NCBI GenBank assembly: GCA_040182905.1
Contig: JARQWU010000056.1
Span: forward strand, 1-46,347
Reading direction: 5' to 3'
Origin: Barthelona sp. PAP020
Lineage: Eukaryota
Length of the DNA stretch: 46,347 nucleotides
Positions 29,301 through 37,848 of the stretch are shown in pieces. Both the position numbers and the translations under genes were made by a program. The notes beneath the pieces are model-generated. The model was not told the origin of the DNA. It saw nothing but the letters and a program-made list of their open reading frames with translations, and ran no database searches. The first letter of the stretch is position 1. Every line of letters starts with the position of its first letter.

Positions 29301-31222
29301 TATTTAATATGCCATTTACCTATATTATTGTTGATATCAGGTGTTTCAAACCATTCAGTATATTCTGGTAATGTAAAAAATGAATGAATTTTTTTTTTAA
29401 AGCTGGCTTTAACAATAGGGGTAACAAACTCTTGTAAAAATCCATTTCTTTTTAGTAAACTAGGCCAAAAATAATGAATAAAGTTTACAACTAATCCTTT
29501 AATATGAGAACCATCATAATCTTGATCAGCCATTATCATAAGATGTCCATATCTTAATGATTTAAACGTCTTTTCATCAGTATAATCTTTCCCTTGTTTC
29601 AATCCCAATATTTGTTTCAAATTAGAAATTTCAACACAATTCTTTATTGCAGATGAAGAGGAATCACGTACATTCTTCATAACTCCACGTAATGGAAAAA
29701 CACCATATTGTTGTCTTCCAACCACACTTAATCCAGCCATAGCTAGACCTTTTGCAGAATCTCCTTCAGTTACAATTAAAGTACATTTGTATCCTTTACC
29801 ACTTCCAGCCCAAACAGCATCTTCTAATTTGGGAATACCTTTCAATCTTACAACTTTTTTTCCATCACTCTTCTGTAATTCTTTCATGTTAACAGTTTGA
29901 ACAATAGAATTCATTTTCCCTTTTAAATTTAAATCATTTAACAACTTTTTAGCAAAAGCATTCACGTTTTTAAAAGTGAACGTGCTTCCAAAGGCACTCG
30001 ATTTGGTAGCTAAAACATCTTTTGTTTGACTTTTAAATGAGGGTTGATTAATTAAACAGCGGATCCAGCAAAACATGTTATTTTTAATAGAATTAGGAGT
30101 TGGAGTTGTATTTCCCAACGCATCTTTTCCATATTCTTTAATAATCCCTTTTTGTAAAGGTTCTATCAATTGATTAACAACATAATCTACATGAGTCCCA
30201 CCATTAGAAGTATGAATGGAATTTACAAAAGTCATTTGGTTAAACTTATCAAATTTGGAAACTGCAATACCTATTTCCCAATTATCTAACTTTTCATATA
30301 AATACCAAACACCTTCTCCAGGAGTTTTAGAATTATTATTTTTAATTTTTTTAGCAAGATTTGTTTTTTTTGATGACAAAACAAATTCATCATCTGATTC
30401 TTCCTCTTCCTCTTCACTATTATTGTCATTATCATCTTTATTTGTTTCATCAGAAGGATTATCATAAAAAAACTTTTGAAAGAGCTCGATATATTCCTTA
30501 AAATTTTTTACAGGTAATGTTTGATCATTCAATTTCACTGTCACATTATTGTTGCAACCAGCAATATCCACAACTCTTCTCATCATAACATGAACAGTAT
30601 CTAATTCCATTTCATTCATATCAAATCTTTTCAAATCAGGATAAAAAGTAAGTCTAGTAAAATCACTGCGTTTCGCTTTACTAATAGCAGGAGTCGTTCT
30701 TTCACTCATATTATTAAAATATTCTTGTTTAAAATAATTTCCACTAGCCTTATCACTGGTTTCAACAATGAAATGTTTTGAAAAAATATTGGTTAATTTT
30801 GCTCCTAACCCATTTCTACCACCAGTAACTCTTTCTTGAGTATCATCATAATTTGAAGAAGTCAACATGTGACCAAAAATCATTTCAGGGACATACATGC
30901 CATGTTCCTCATGAATTTCAACAGGTATACCAGTACCATTATTCTCAACACTTATCATATTGTCTTCAGGCTTAATATACACAGTAATCTTATTCATGGA
31001 TGGGCAATTCTGTTTATGATCAGAAGCATTAACCAAAATTTCATCAAATATTTGAACCAACCCTTGACTATATTCAATTTCTGTGTATTCCAAACCATTT
31101 TCTGGAGAATATATCCAAGTCTTCTCCTTATTTTTTCCAACTGCTCCAATGAAGACATCTGGTCTTTTTAATACATGTTCTTGTTGTGTTAACTTTTGAT
31201 AACGCTCAGTACGCTTCACCAT
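26363..31222 (-). CDS. TOP2: DNA topoisomerase II (type IIA, eukaryotic)
   Basis: Motifs EHVLKRPD, FDEILVNASD, GGRNGLGAKLTNIFS, GGTHVDY, SQTKD, EGDSAK, IMADQDYDGSHIKGL, YYKGLG, IDGFKPGQRK, YHHGE and the catalytic RY, plus a long charged C-terminal tail. The likely start is 31222; an alternative ATG lies at 31270. Confidence 0.97.
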   Translation of the reverse strand: MVKRTERYQKLTQQEHVLKRPDVFIGAVGKNKEKTWIYSPENGLEYTEIEYSQGLVQIFDEILVNASDHKQNCPSMNKITVYIKPEDNMISVENNGTGIPVEIHEEHGMYVPEMIFGHMLTSSNYDDTQERVTGGRNGLGAKLTNIFSKHFIVETSDKASGNYFKQEYFNNMSERTTPAISKAKRSDFTRLTFYPDLKRFDMNEMELDTVHVMMRRVVDIAGCNNNVTVKLNDQTLPVKNFKEYIELFQKFFYDNPSDETNKDDNDNNSEEEEEESDDEFVLSSKKTNLAKKIKNNNSKTPGEGVWYLYEKLDNWEIGIAVSKFDKFNQMTFVNSIHTSNGGTHVDYVVNQLIEPLQKGIIKEYGKDALGNTTPTPNSIKNNMFCWIRCLINQPSFKSQTKDVLATKSSAFGSTFTFKNVNAFAKKLLNDLNLKGKMNSIVQTVNMKELQKSDGKKVVRLKGIPKLEDAVWAGSGKGYKCTLIVTEGDSAKGLAMAGLSVVGRQQYGVFPLRGVMKNVRDSSSSAIKNCVEISNLKQILGLKQGKDYTDEKTFKSLRYGHLMIMADQDYDGSHIKGLVVNFIHYFWPSLLKRNGFLQEFVTPIVKASFKKKIHSFFTLPEYTEWFETPDINNNIGKWHIKYYKGLGSSTPKEGKEYFSNLSKHVLNFTYSPSRDDPLMEIAFKLKASDARKVWLNGYEYNSYVDHTKTSLKISDFINKEYIAYSNYSNLRMIPSAIDGFKPGQRKIIFGCFKRNLIKPVKVAQLMGYIAEHTGYHHGEGSLGDTIVGLAQEFVGSNNIPLLYPDGIFGSRPMGGNDHSQHRYIHTMLQKITRIIFPKDDDSLLTYLDDDGQSIEPDVYYPILPMALVNGSLGIGSGWSSSAPPFHPLQLCENVRDLLDKKDQRPLKPWVRGLDCRIEPIYNSKGEKKPGTYECIGKYELYEDENRLRITELPFQFWNDKFREMLENYMDSKSKSSIKIESYDDFSTENTVDFNITFSPSEFKKLKNESAILKHFKLTKNISLNNMVFFDSQKKIRRFTTPEELIKDFFDQRLMKYQERRTFLIDDFIKRLEIARNKVKFIEMYINEEIDFRKKSDEYIFSVLMENDFSMVVDGVPVKVVKDFDDLNSKELEGYNYLLNLAIRTFSLKRIQKLEEEMRKIENDLQTLIGKTAEDLWREELDEFEKLWIEFEKEITEKIVPGYDRPNEPVPNLEEVLSANTKKLKKISGSTSSDAESILASIKAKSKKGSTVKKETKKKKRDIDDDDDADEKNSTDDDVVYVPERKTQKKKGSRKSKTPEIEDDDEIEMEGLSSKKSTNSRSTRSRKVSQSPILKKAQMSLRKKQPIIDDDENIYEDLYEEEDDDLYLDSSVFDDTPVKKPTQKTAKDSKPSKKFEERNNKSRKSRIQSPFEEEEEEEEEEEIDYSDEFDETPVKKSTLKATKNSRTSRKVESKSNKGKKSRIQSPEEEIEYSDEFDEMSGEMFSDDENNDRRLDLDSSLFEEEDFLEDDELNNSLFDDEDDEEADSVIETPPKRKAKSTRVTKPKAAPAKAVKKPAKKIESAPKAKTKVVAKKTTPAKSRVTSLTRNVNKPSQGSTSNSKSSAKSSANTLLDFLDDLDDD
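26795..27103 (-). repeat. Tandem duplication (168 nt + 141 nt) in the TOP2 C-terminal tail, containing (GAA)11 at 26963-26995
   Basis: TPVKKPTQKTAKDSKPSKKFEERNNKSRKSRIQSPF(E)11IDYSDEFDE is followed directly by TPVKKSTLKATKNSRTSRKVESKSNKGKKSRIQSPEEEIEYSDEFDE. Confidence 0.9.
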
Positions 31223-31422
31223 ATCAACAAAAAAAAAAGGAAAAAAAGTGAGCCAAAACTGTGCAGGCATAATTTTGTTCTGACTTTCGACTCACACAAC
31301 AAAATTGGCAATTTTTTATTAATTTAAAAAGGTATATCACCCCATACAAAAATATAACACAATAAAAAAAATTCCTTTTTGTTGTTTGTTGTCATTTATC
31401 AACATTTATTTTGTCATTAAAT

Positions 31423-32631
31423 ATGGCCGATACTAGTCTCGAATATAAGATGTGGAAAAAGAATACACCTTTTCTGTATGACCAAGTTATTACCCATCCA
31501 TTAGAATTACCCAGTCTTACAGTGAATTGGTTGCCAGATGTTGAATATGAACAGACTGATGATTGTATTACTCAACGTCTATTAATTGGAACCCATGCTC
31601 CAATGGGTGAACCCAATTATCTGAAAATTTTGAATGTTACATTACCTACCACAGAAAATGAGAACGATATTGAACAACAAAATGTAGAAACTTCAGGATC
31701 TGACGATGAAGATAGTTGTAGAATGGTTGTTGAAAAGATGAAAATTTTTCATCCAGGTGAAATTAATATTGCAAGACATTGTCCCCATAATAGTGTTTTG
31801 ATTGCAACACGTTCTCCTGAAGGGTGTTTTGTCTTTAATTATACCAGACATCCTTCAGTTCCAACAAAGAGTCGAGACCCTTTTCCTGATATTACGTTAA
31901 ATGATTGTGTGGGTGATTATTTTGCTCTTGCTTGGTCTCCTGTTGCCAATGCAATGTTAGCATCTGGATCTGATGGAAGAGCTGTTGTTTGGGATTTAGA
32001 AGGTGAGTTTCCTCAAGCTTTTGACCCAATTTGGACGGGAATTGTTGGAAATGAAATCAATGATGTCCAATTTCATTGCCAAGATCGAAACATTTTGGCT
32101 GCTGCTGGTGAAGAATTATGTATTTTTGATTTACGTGGAAACGATACACTTAAGCCAAAGAATCCTCATCAAGGAAGCGTTAACTGTATTGGGTTTAATC
32201 ATTTCAATCCTAATATCTTCTTGAGTGGTGGACAAGATTCAATTGTCAAATTGTGGGACATACGTAATTTGTCTGAGCCTCTGTATAACTTTTGTGGGCA
32301 TGATGATGAAGTTTTTGGGGTGTCATTTTCTCCTTTCAACGAGGTCGCTTTCGCTTCAAGTTCAGCAGATAGAAAAATTGCCATTTGGGATCCAACCAGA
32401 ATTGGTGAACTTCAATCTGAAGCTGACAGACAGGATGGTGCTGCTGAATTACTTTTCTTACATACTGGTCATCAAGCTAGAATTTGTGATTTCACCTGGA
32501 ATCCCAATAAAGGTCATGAATATCTTATGGCAAGTGTTGCTGAAGATAATCTTTTACAAATATGGCAAATTGCTAGTAACATTTATGGTAAATTATCATT
32601 AGATCAAATAACCCTTGATCAAGTTGAATGA
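31423..32631 (+). CDS. RBBP4: Histone-binding WD40 protein RBBP4/MSI1 (CAF-1 subunit C)
   Basis: Motifs EYKMWKKNTPFLYD..ITHPLELPSLTVNWLPD, HPGEINIAR, DGAAELLFLHTGHQARICDFTWNPN and SVAEDNLLQIWQ. The ATG is at 31423. Confidence 0.95.
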   Translation: MADTSLEYKMWKKNTPFLYDQVITHPLELPSLTVNWLPDVEYEQTDDCITQRLLIGTHAPMGEPNYLKILNVTLPTTENENDIEQQNVETSGSDDEDSCRMVVEKMKIFHPGEINIARHCPHNSVLIATRSPEGCFVFNYTRHPSVPTKSRDPFPDITLNDCVGDYFALAWSPVANAMLASGSDGRAVVWDLEGEFPQAFDPIWTGIVGNEINDVQFHCQDRNILAAAGEELCIFDLRGNDTLKPKNPHQGSVNCIGFNHFNPNIFLSGGQDSIVKLWDIRNLSEPLYNFCGHDDEVFGVSFSPFNEVAFASSSADRKIAIWDPTRIGELQSEADRQDGAAELLFLHTGHQARICDFTWNPNKGHEYLMASVAEDNLLQIWQIASNIYGKLSLDQITLDQVE

Positions 32632-32791
32632 TAGTAATGTTATAAATTTTGAGTTTTTTCTTATTCAATATTTGATATTATTTTTATTCTTTGTATTTCT
32701 TTTGGTTTAGATGAATGGTAAATTGAAAATATTGAAGCTTGACAAAAAAATGGGAAAATGAAATCAAAAAAATTTTCTTTTCTTTTACCTC

Positions 32792-35700
32792 ATGAGTTCA
32801 TTCAACGAGAATGATCCTCGATCGCCTCCAAAATCTGCAGCTGCATCTAAATTAGAAGCAGTTAATGCATTTGATTCATTTGTTGTGGAAACACCTGATC
32901 AATTCATTAATTTGTGTGAAGAATTGAAAGAAAAAGAATTATTCACCGATAAGTCTGTAGTTGTTGTTTCAAAAGTGTTTAAAATTATTGCAGATAAGAT
33001 TGTATTATTTGATGGTAGTAAATTGGATTCATATTTTGCCCAAGAATTCAGTAATTTATTTATTTCTCAAACAACTAATCAAAAAATATTACAGCCTTTA
33101 TCAATAATATTGACTACTTTTTGCACGATCGATTCAATTACTTTAGAACATATTTGTAATACTCTTTGCAATTATGAACATTCAAATTTAAAACATTTAT
33201 CTAATTTAGCTTATTTAATTAATATTATTGCTCAATCAATTAATTTCGATTATACAAGTTTTTTTTTAAAGCATATTGATGAAAATAATCGTGATGTCAG
33301 AAGAAAAATGTTAGATTTAGCTAAGACTTTATATAGTAAGGACACAAAATTCATTAATAAAATTTCCTCCTTAAATCAACAGCTTTTAAAAACTGTATCT
33401 GAACATCTGGGAGCTGATACACCTAAAAGTGTTGATGAGCCGAAAGTTAAAGAGAGTATAAAGAAATCAAAAGTTCATGTTGAAATGGTAAAAAACTTTA
33501 ACATGAATTCCTTATCAATCAAGAATCTCAGTTCTGCTAAATGGAAGGAAAGACAAAAATATGTCAAAGAAATATTAAATAATTTGATTGAAGAAGATGT
33601 TTCCTCGGAATTACCAAAAGATTTTGCCAGGGCCTTGAAAGAACGTTTAAAATGTGAATCTGTTGTTGCTATCAACATTGATATTGTTGAATTTATAAAA
33701 ATATACTTTGAAAAGGCTCAATCTAATGCAAATGCTGTTAAATCTGCTAAAGGATTTGTGGATGCGTTAGTTCCTTTGTTAAACGATAACAATAAAAGAT
33801 TGAGACAAGGAGTATTGATTACTTTAACTACAATCACAAAGATAACCACTTTGAAGAAAGTTTTGCCTGCTTTTTTAAAGGGTTTGGAAAACCAAGCACA
33901 AACTGGTCAAATTGAAATCCTTCAATTTCTTTTGAGTTGTATTGAAGATGAAGATTTTTTACCTGCTTTAAATGCTTTAGTTGTATGCATTGTACCTTTA
34001 TTAACCGAAGGTAATAACACAATTAGGTCATTAACAGAAGAGCTTTTGATGAAATTGGTTACAAAAACAGGAATGGTTCCGGTTATGAAGCGTTATAGCA
34101 AATTATCAACTGCTGATAAAAATTTGGTTGAGCAATATTTTGATAAATTGAATTCTGTTGCTGTAATTGTTACCGAAAATGAGAATGAAATCGAGGATAT
34201 TGAAATCGAGAAAAACCAACAACGTGAACGTGAACAAGTTAATGTTGAGAATGAACACGAAGAAATTCAAGGGAAACACCACAATATTGTTGAAAAGAAT
34301 CAAACTAGAAGCAGACCTAAATTTACTAAAGCTAAATTGGTTGAATCTAGTTCTAATTCTAAAAATAGAAGTATTTCAACTACTGAAAGTAAACCCAAGC
34401 TAAAAACAAAGACTAAAGCAAAAAAAAATGTTATCAATATAAGTCAAAAATTTGCCAAGACAAAAAAACCTTCAGACAGTATTGAAGAGGCTGAAATAAT
34501 TCATAATAAACATATATTGGAACCATTACATGAAGATAGTAACGACAGTAAAGAAGAAGAGGAAGAAAAAATTGAATCTGTGGAGAATGAAGAAATAGAA
34601 ATGAAAATGAGAAACATTTCAGCGACTTTCGACACTTTTAATTTTGAAGCTCCTGGAATTAAAGCAATAAATATTAATCGACTTTCTCAAACAATGACCC
34701 CAAGAATTACAAGGATTGAAATGTTTACTGAAGAACAAGATGATTCTGTGTTGGTTGATCGATTAAAAAAATTGATAAACAACTTGAAATCATCAAATGA
34801 ACACATTCTTGCTGAAACACACAAGAACATTGCAATTCTTATCACTGAAACCAAACGTACCAAAATTTTTGCATCAATTGTTGATGAACTTGTTGAAGGT
34901 TTAACTTTTTCTTTGACATTAGTCTTTGGTGATGTTTATAATTACAATGTACTTCTTGCAAAATATGTCTTAAATTCATTAGGTGTAGTTTTCAATGATC
35001 ATGATCTCGCATCACAAGTATCAGGCTTATATTTGAAAAAATTGATTGAATCCATTTTGGTTCTGATGGTCAACCCTGATTTATTGACTTTGGAGGAAGG
35101 AAATAGCATGTTCAAAGCTCTTAATCGCATTCTTGATTTTATAATTAAGAATACTGATTTTCATCGTATTTTGCTAACATTTTTACAATTAATATTTCAT
35201 TTTTATTTTGTTAATTCCAGAGATAATGCTGAAACTGAAAAATTAATGAAAGTTTTAAGAAAAAATTTTTCAAAATTGATTGAAAAATTAGATGCACATA
35301 GCATTGTTAAGATTGACATTTCAATTGTTTTAAAGCAGATTAATCTTTTGTTACTGAGTTATTCTGGTTCATTAATTGTTCAAAACGAACAAATGATGGA
35401 CATACCCATTTTGATTTTACCATTACTGGAAAAAATTATCTTTTTGACAAAAAAACAAACTCTTGATCATTTTTCTTTCGTACCTATTGATAAAGGTGGT
35501 TCTTTACTTTTGAAACAATACATTTCTCAGTACTTGGCAAAATTTGATTGTAATGATGAAGCAAACAGAGTGTCAAACCTTTACGTTGCTAGCAACCCTC
35601 AGAATTACAATGATGAAGATCCTTCAGTTTTAGCAGATAACTTTTTGCTAAAGTTAAATGAATTGAAGAACAATTCAAAGAACACTTATTCAAATCTAAC

Positions 35701-35998
35701 TTTTGTTGATAAGAATGCAGCAGCTCTTTCAGTTGAACAATTTACAACCTCCCCTTTCAATTTACCCAATTCACCCTTATTGACAACTTCAACAAAACAA
35801 AAAGTTTCCCTAAATACACCACTGGTTAACGTATCTCAAATTAGTTCGGTATCTTCAGACTCATCAAGACGTTTACAAGATTTAAAACAAAGAATAGAAC
35901 ATACAGTTATGACTGATACCACAAAAAACCATGTTTCTGAAGCTCCTGAGGCCTTAAAGAATCTTCAAAATAGGATTTCTTTTTTAATGAATGAATGA
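32792..35998 (+). CDS. XMAP215/ch-TOG/MOR1-family microtubule polymerase, shortened (1068 aa)
   Basis: A TOG start (LSSAKWKERQ) with HEAT repeats (LLNDNNKRLR), then a basic/charged linker. The C-terminal domain KYVLNSLGVVF..LASQVS..LKKLI..IL...EEGNSMFKALN matches the conserved MOR1/ch-TOG C-terminal region. Confidence 0.8.
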   Translation: MSSFNENDPRSPPKSAAASKLEAVNAFDSFVVETPDQFINLCEELKEKELFTDKSVVVVSKVFKIIADKIVLFDGSKLDSYFAQEFSNLFISQTTNQKILQPLSIILTTFCTIDSITLEHICNTLCNYEHSNLKHLSNLAYLINIIAQSINFDYTSFFLKHIDENNRDVRRKMLDLAKTLYSKDTKFINKISSLNQQLLKTVSEHLGADTPKSVDEPKVKESIKKSKVHVEMVKNFNMNSLSIKNLSSAKWKERQKYVKEILNNLIEEDVSSELPKDFARALKERLKCESVVAINIDIVEFIKIYFEKAQSNANAVKSAKGFVDALVPLLNDNNKRLRQGVLITLTTITKITTLKKVLPAFLKGLENQAQTGQIEILQFLLSCIEDEDFLPALNALVVCIVPLLTEGNNTIRSLTEELLMKLVTKTGMVPVMKRYSKLSTADKNLVEQYFDKLNSVAVIVTENENEIEDIEIEKNQQREREQVNVENEHEEIQGKHHNIVEKNQTRSRPKFTKAKLVESSSNSKNRSISTTESKPKLKTKTKAKKNVINISQKFAKTKKPSDSIEEAEIIHNKHILEPLHEDSNDSKEEEEEKIESVENEEIEMKMRNISATFDTFNFEAPGIKAININRLSQTMTPRITRIEMFTEEQDDSVLVDRLKKLINNLKSSNEHILAETHKNIAILITETKRTKIFASIVDELVEGLTFSLTLVFGDVYNYNVLLAKYVLNSLGVVFNDHDLASQVSGLYLKKLIESILVLMVNPDLLTLEEGNSMFKALNRILDFIIKNTDFHRILLTFLQLIFHFYFVNSRDNAETEKLMKVLRKNFSKLIEKLDAHSIVKIDISIVLKQINLLLLSYSGSLIVQNEQMMDIPILILPLLEKIIFLTKKQTLDHFSFVPIDKGGSLLLKQYISQYLAKFDCNDEANRVSNLYVASNPQNYNDEDPSVLADNFLLKLNELKNNSKNTYSNLTFVDKNAAALSVEQFTTSPFNLPNSPLLTTSTKQKVSLNTPLVNVSQISSVSSDSSRRLQDLKQRIEHTVMTDTTKNHVSEAPEALKNLQNRISFLMNE

Positions 35999-36420
35999 AG
36001 AAATAAAATTGTGAATAGATCCATATTTTTTTTTGTTTTTGTTTTGATCTTCTCTTTTTTCCAATGAAGAAGGATATTCTGCCATATTCTCGTCCATTAT
36101 TTTAACCAAGGTATGAACCTTTATAAATTTTTTCAATCAGGCAAAAGAGATCCATTTTTGATGTATCTTTGGAAAAATTGTTCAATTTGATCTTTAGTAA
36201 CAGATTTGATTATTTATCTCATGAAGAATCAAGAAAATTGAGGTTTAAGTGTTGAACTATCTTCACAGATTCTTAGACCCATTTATCCGAATGTCAAGTG
36301 TTTTCATTTGATAAACCGTCTGACTTATTGTGAATCAAAAACTTGTATTATCGATGATCTACAATTCATTGAACGAAAAATTAAACAGAAAAATTTATTC
36401 ATCAAAGCACAATTCACAAA

Positions 36421-37419
36421 TCAAGAAAAAATACTTTCTTCAATATCCCTAACAATACAAGAGTAAAACATTTCAGGATTTACATCCATTGGCCAATGAC
36501 CTAGACCATCAAGCAAAACATTCTTCAAAGTATGTTGTTTTATAAAAATTTGACTTTCTTTACTTAATGTTGAGGTGCACCAATAATAAACTTTCGGACA
36601 TGAAAGATTCAAATATTCAATTCCTGGTTCAGGATGATGTTCGGTTGAACGACCCCAAATCCAAAATGTATTTGGATCAGAACATTTGATTGAGTTAAGA
36701 TATCTTTGTGGAGCTTTTTTTTGAGAAACCAAATTTTCAACAACTGATTTAAAGTATTCATAAAACTCTTCAGCATCACTAAAATTTAGTGCTAGACCCG
36801 AAAAATAAGCATCTTGAATCGTCAAATTGCCTTCAACACTGATAATTAATTCAGGTGACACATTAAAACAAGATTTTAATAACTTTGTGGCTTCAACCAT
36901 TACAATACCAGAAACAGAATGTGCAACCAAAACAAACTTTCTTTTGGCAATCAAAGAAAATTGTTCAATCAATGACTTCCAAAGACCAGCCAAAATATCA
37001 ATTGTAAATCCGCTCTTAGAAACAGTCATTTTTCTCCCCAAACCAGGAGGATCAAAAATGAAAACTCTATAATTGTTCATCATTGTAACATTTTCAAAAG
37101 AATTCATAAAACATACACTCGTTTCACCAAAACCACCTAAAAACCAAACATCAATATTACTGTCAACATTTCCATTCATCCATAACGCCACAATATAATC
37201 ATCAATTTGAACAACTCGGTATTCATTCAAAAAACAATATTGATGGATAAAGTTTTTGGCTTTTTCAAACCCTTTCTCTTCACAAGCAATACATATCTGT
37301 TCTATTACTGTTTTAGACAAATTATCTGAATGTTCATATAACACTTCATTAAACGCTGTTATACAGTCATCATCATTTCGATATTTATCTACATCAAATA
37401 AAAATTCATTTGATAACAT
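36421..37419 (-). CDS. Alpha/beta-fold hydrolase
   Basis: Oxyanion segment WFLGGFG, DPPGLG, nucleophile elbow VAHSVSG, SVEGNL and catalytic His in GHWPM. Confidence 0.85.
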   Translation of the reverse strand: MLSNEFLFDVDKYRNDDDCITAFNEVLYEHSDNLSKTVIEQICIACEEKGFEKAKNFIHQYCFLNEYRVVQIDDYIVALWMNGNVDSNIDVWFLGGFGETSVCFMNSFENVTMMNNYRVFIFDPPGLGRKMTVSKSGFTIDILAGLWKSLIEQFSLIAKRKFVLVAHSVSGIVMVEATKLLKSCFNVSPELIISVEGNLTIQDAYFSGLALNFSDAEEFYEYFKSVVENLVSQKKAPQRYLNSIKCSDPNTFWIWGRSTEHHPEPGIEYLNLSCPKVYYWCTSTLSKESQIFIKQHTLKNVLLDGLGHWPMDVNPEMFYSCIVRDIEESIFS

Positions 37420-37848
37420 GTTAAAAAAAATATTGTTGCAAAAATCAAAAAATTAACAGTCAATTCACATTAAAACCATCAATGAAATAATTTGCAAAAA
37501 ACAAACTAAAAATCTTGCAGTGATAAGGAAAATGTGCCCAAAGAAACTACGAAACAAAACTCCAAAGAAAAAAAAGAGGCATCTTCTTGAATAACAGATA
37601 AAACAGTTCAAAATATTATTGGTGTAATATTATTAATATAAGATTGAAATATTGTTTCTGAATCAATATAATTTCATGGAAAAATATAATTTTGAAACAA
37701 AAAAGAATCAACCCTTGAAAATTTTATCTCAATATGGCTCAACTCAACAACTTCCTTATTATTCACTTTTATGAATACCCAATTTTATCCATTTATCTTT
37801 AAAGAAACAAAAAACTTCGGAAAAACAGTGAAAATTTCTCAACAAAAA

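Noticed and set aside
36060..36466. Two short overlapping open frames and a GTATG...CAG segment (36111-36140) suggesting a decayed gene
   Set aside because: No recognisable protein motif or ACTAAC, and I could not join the frames into a coherent CDS.
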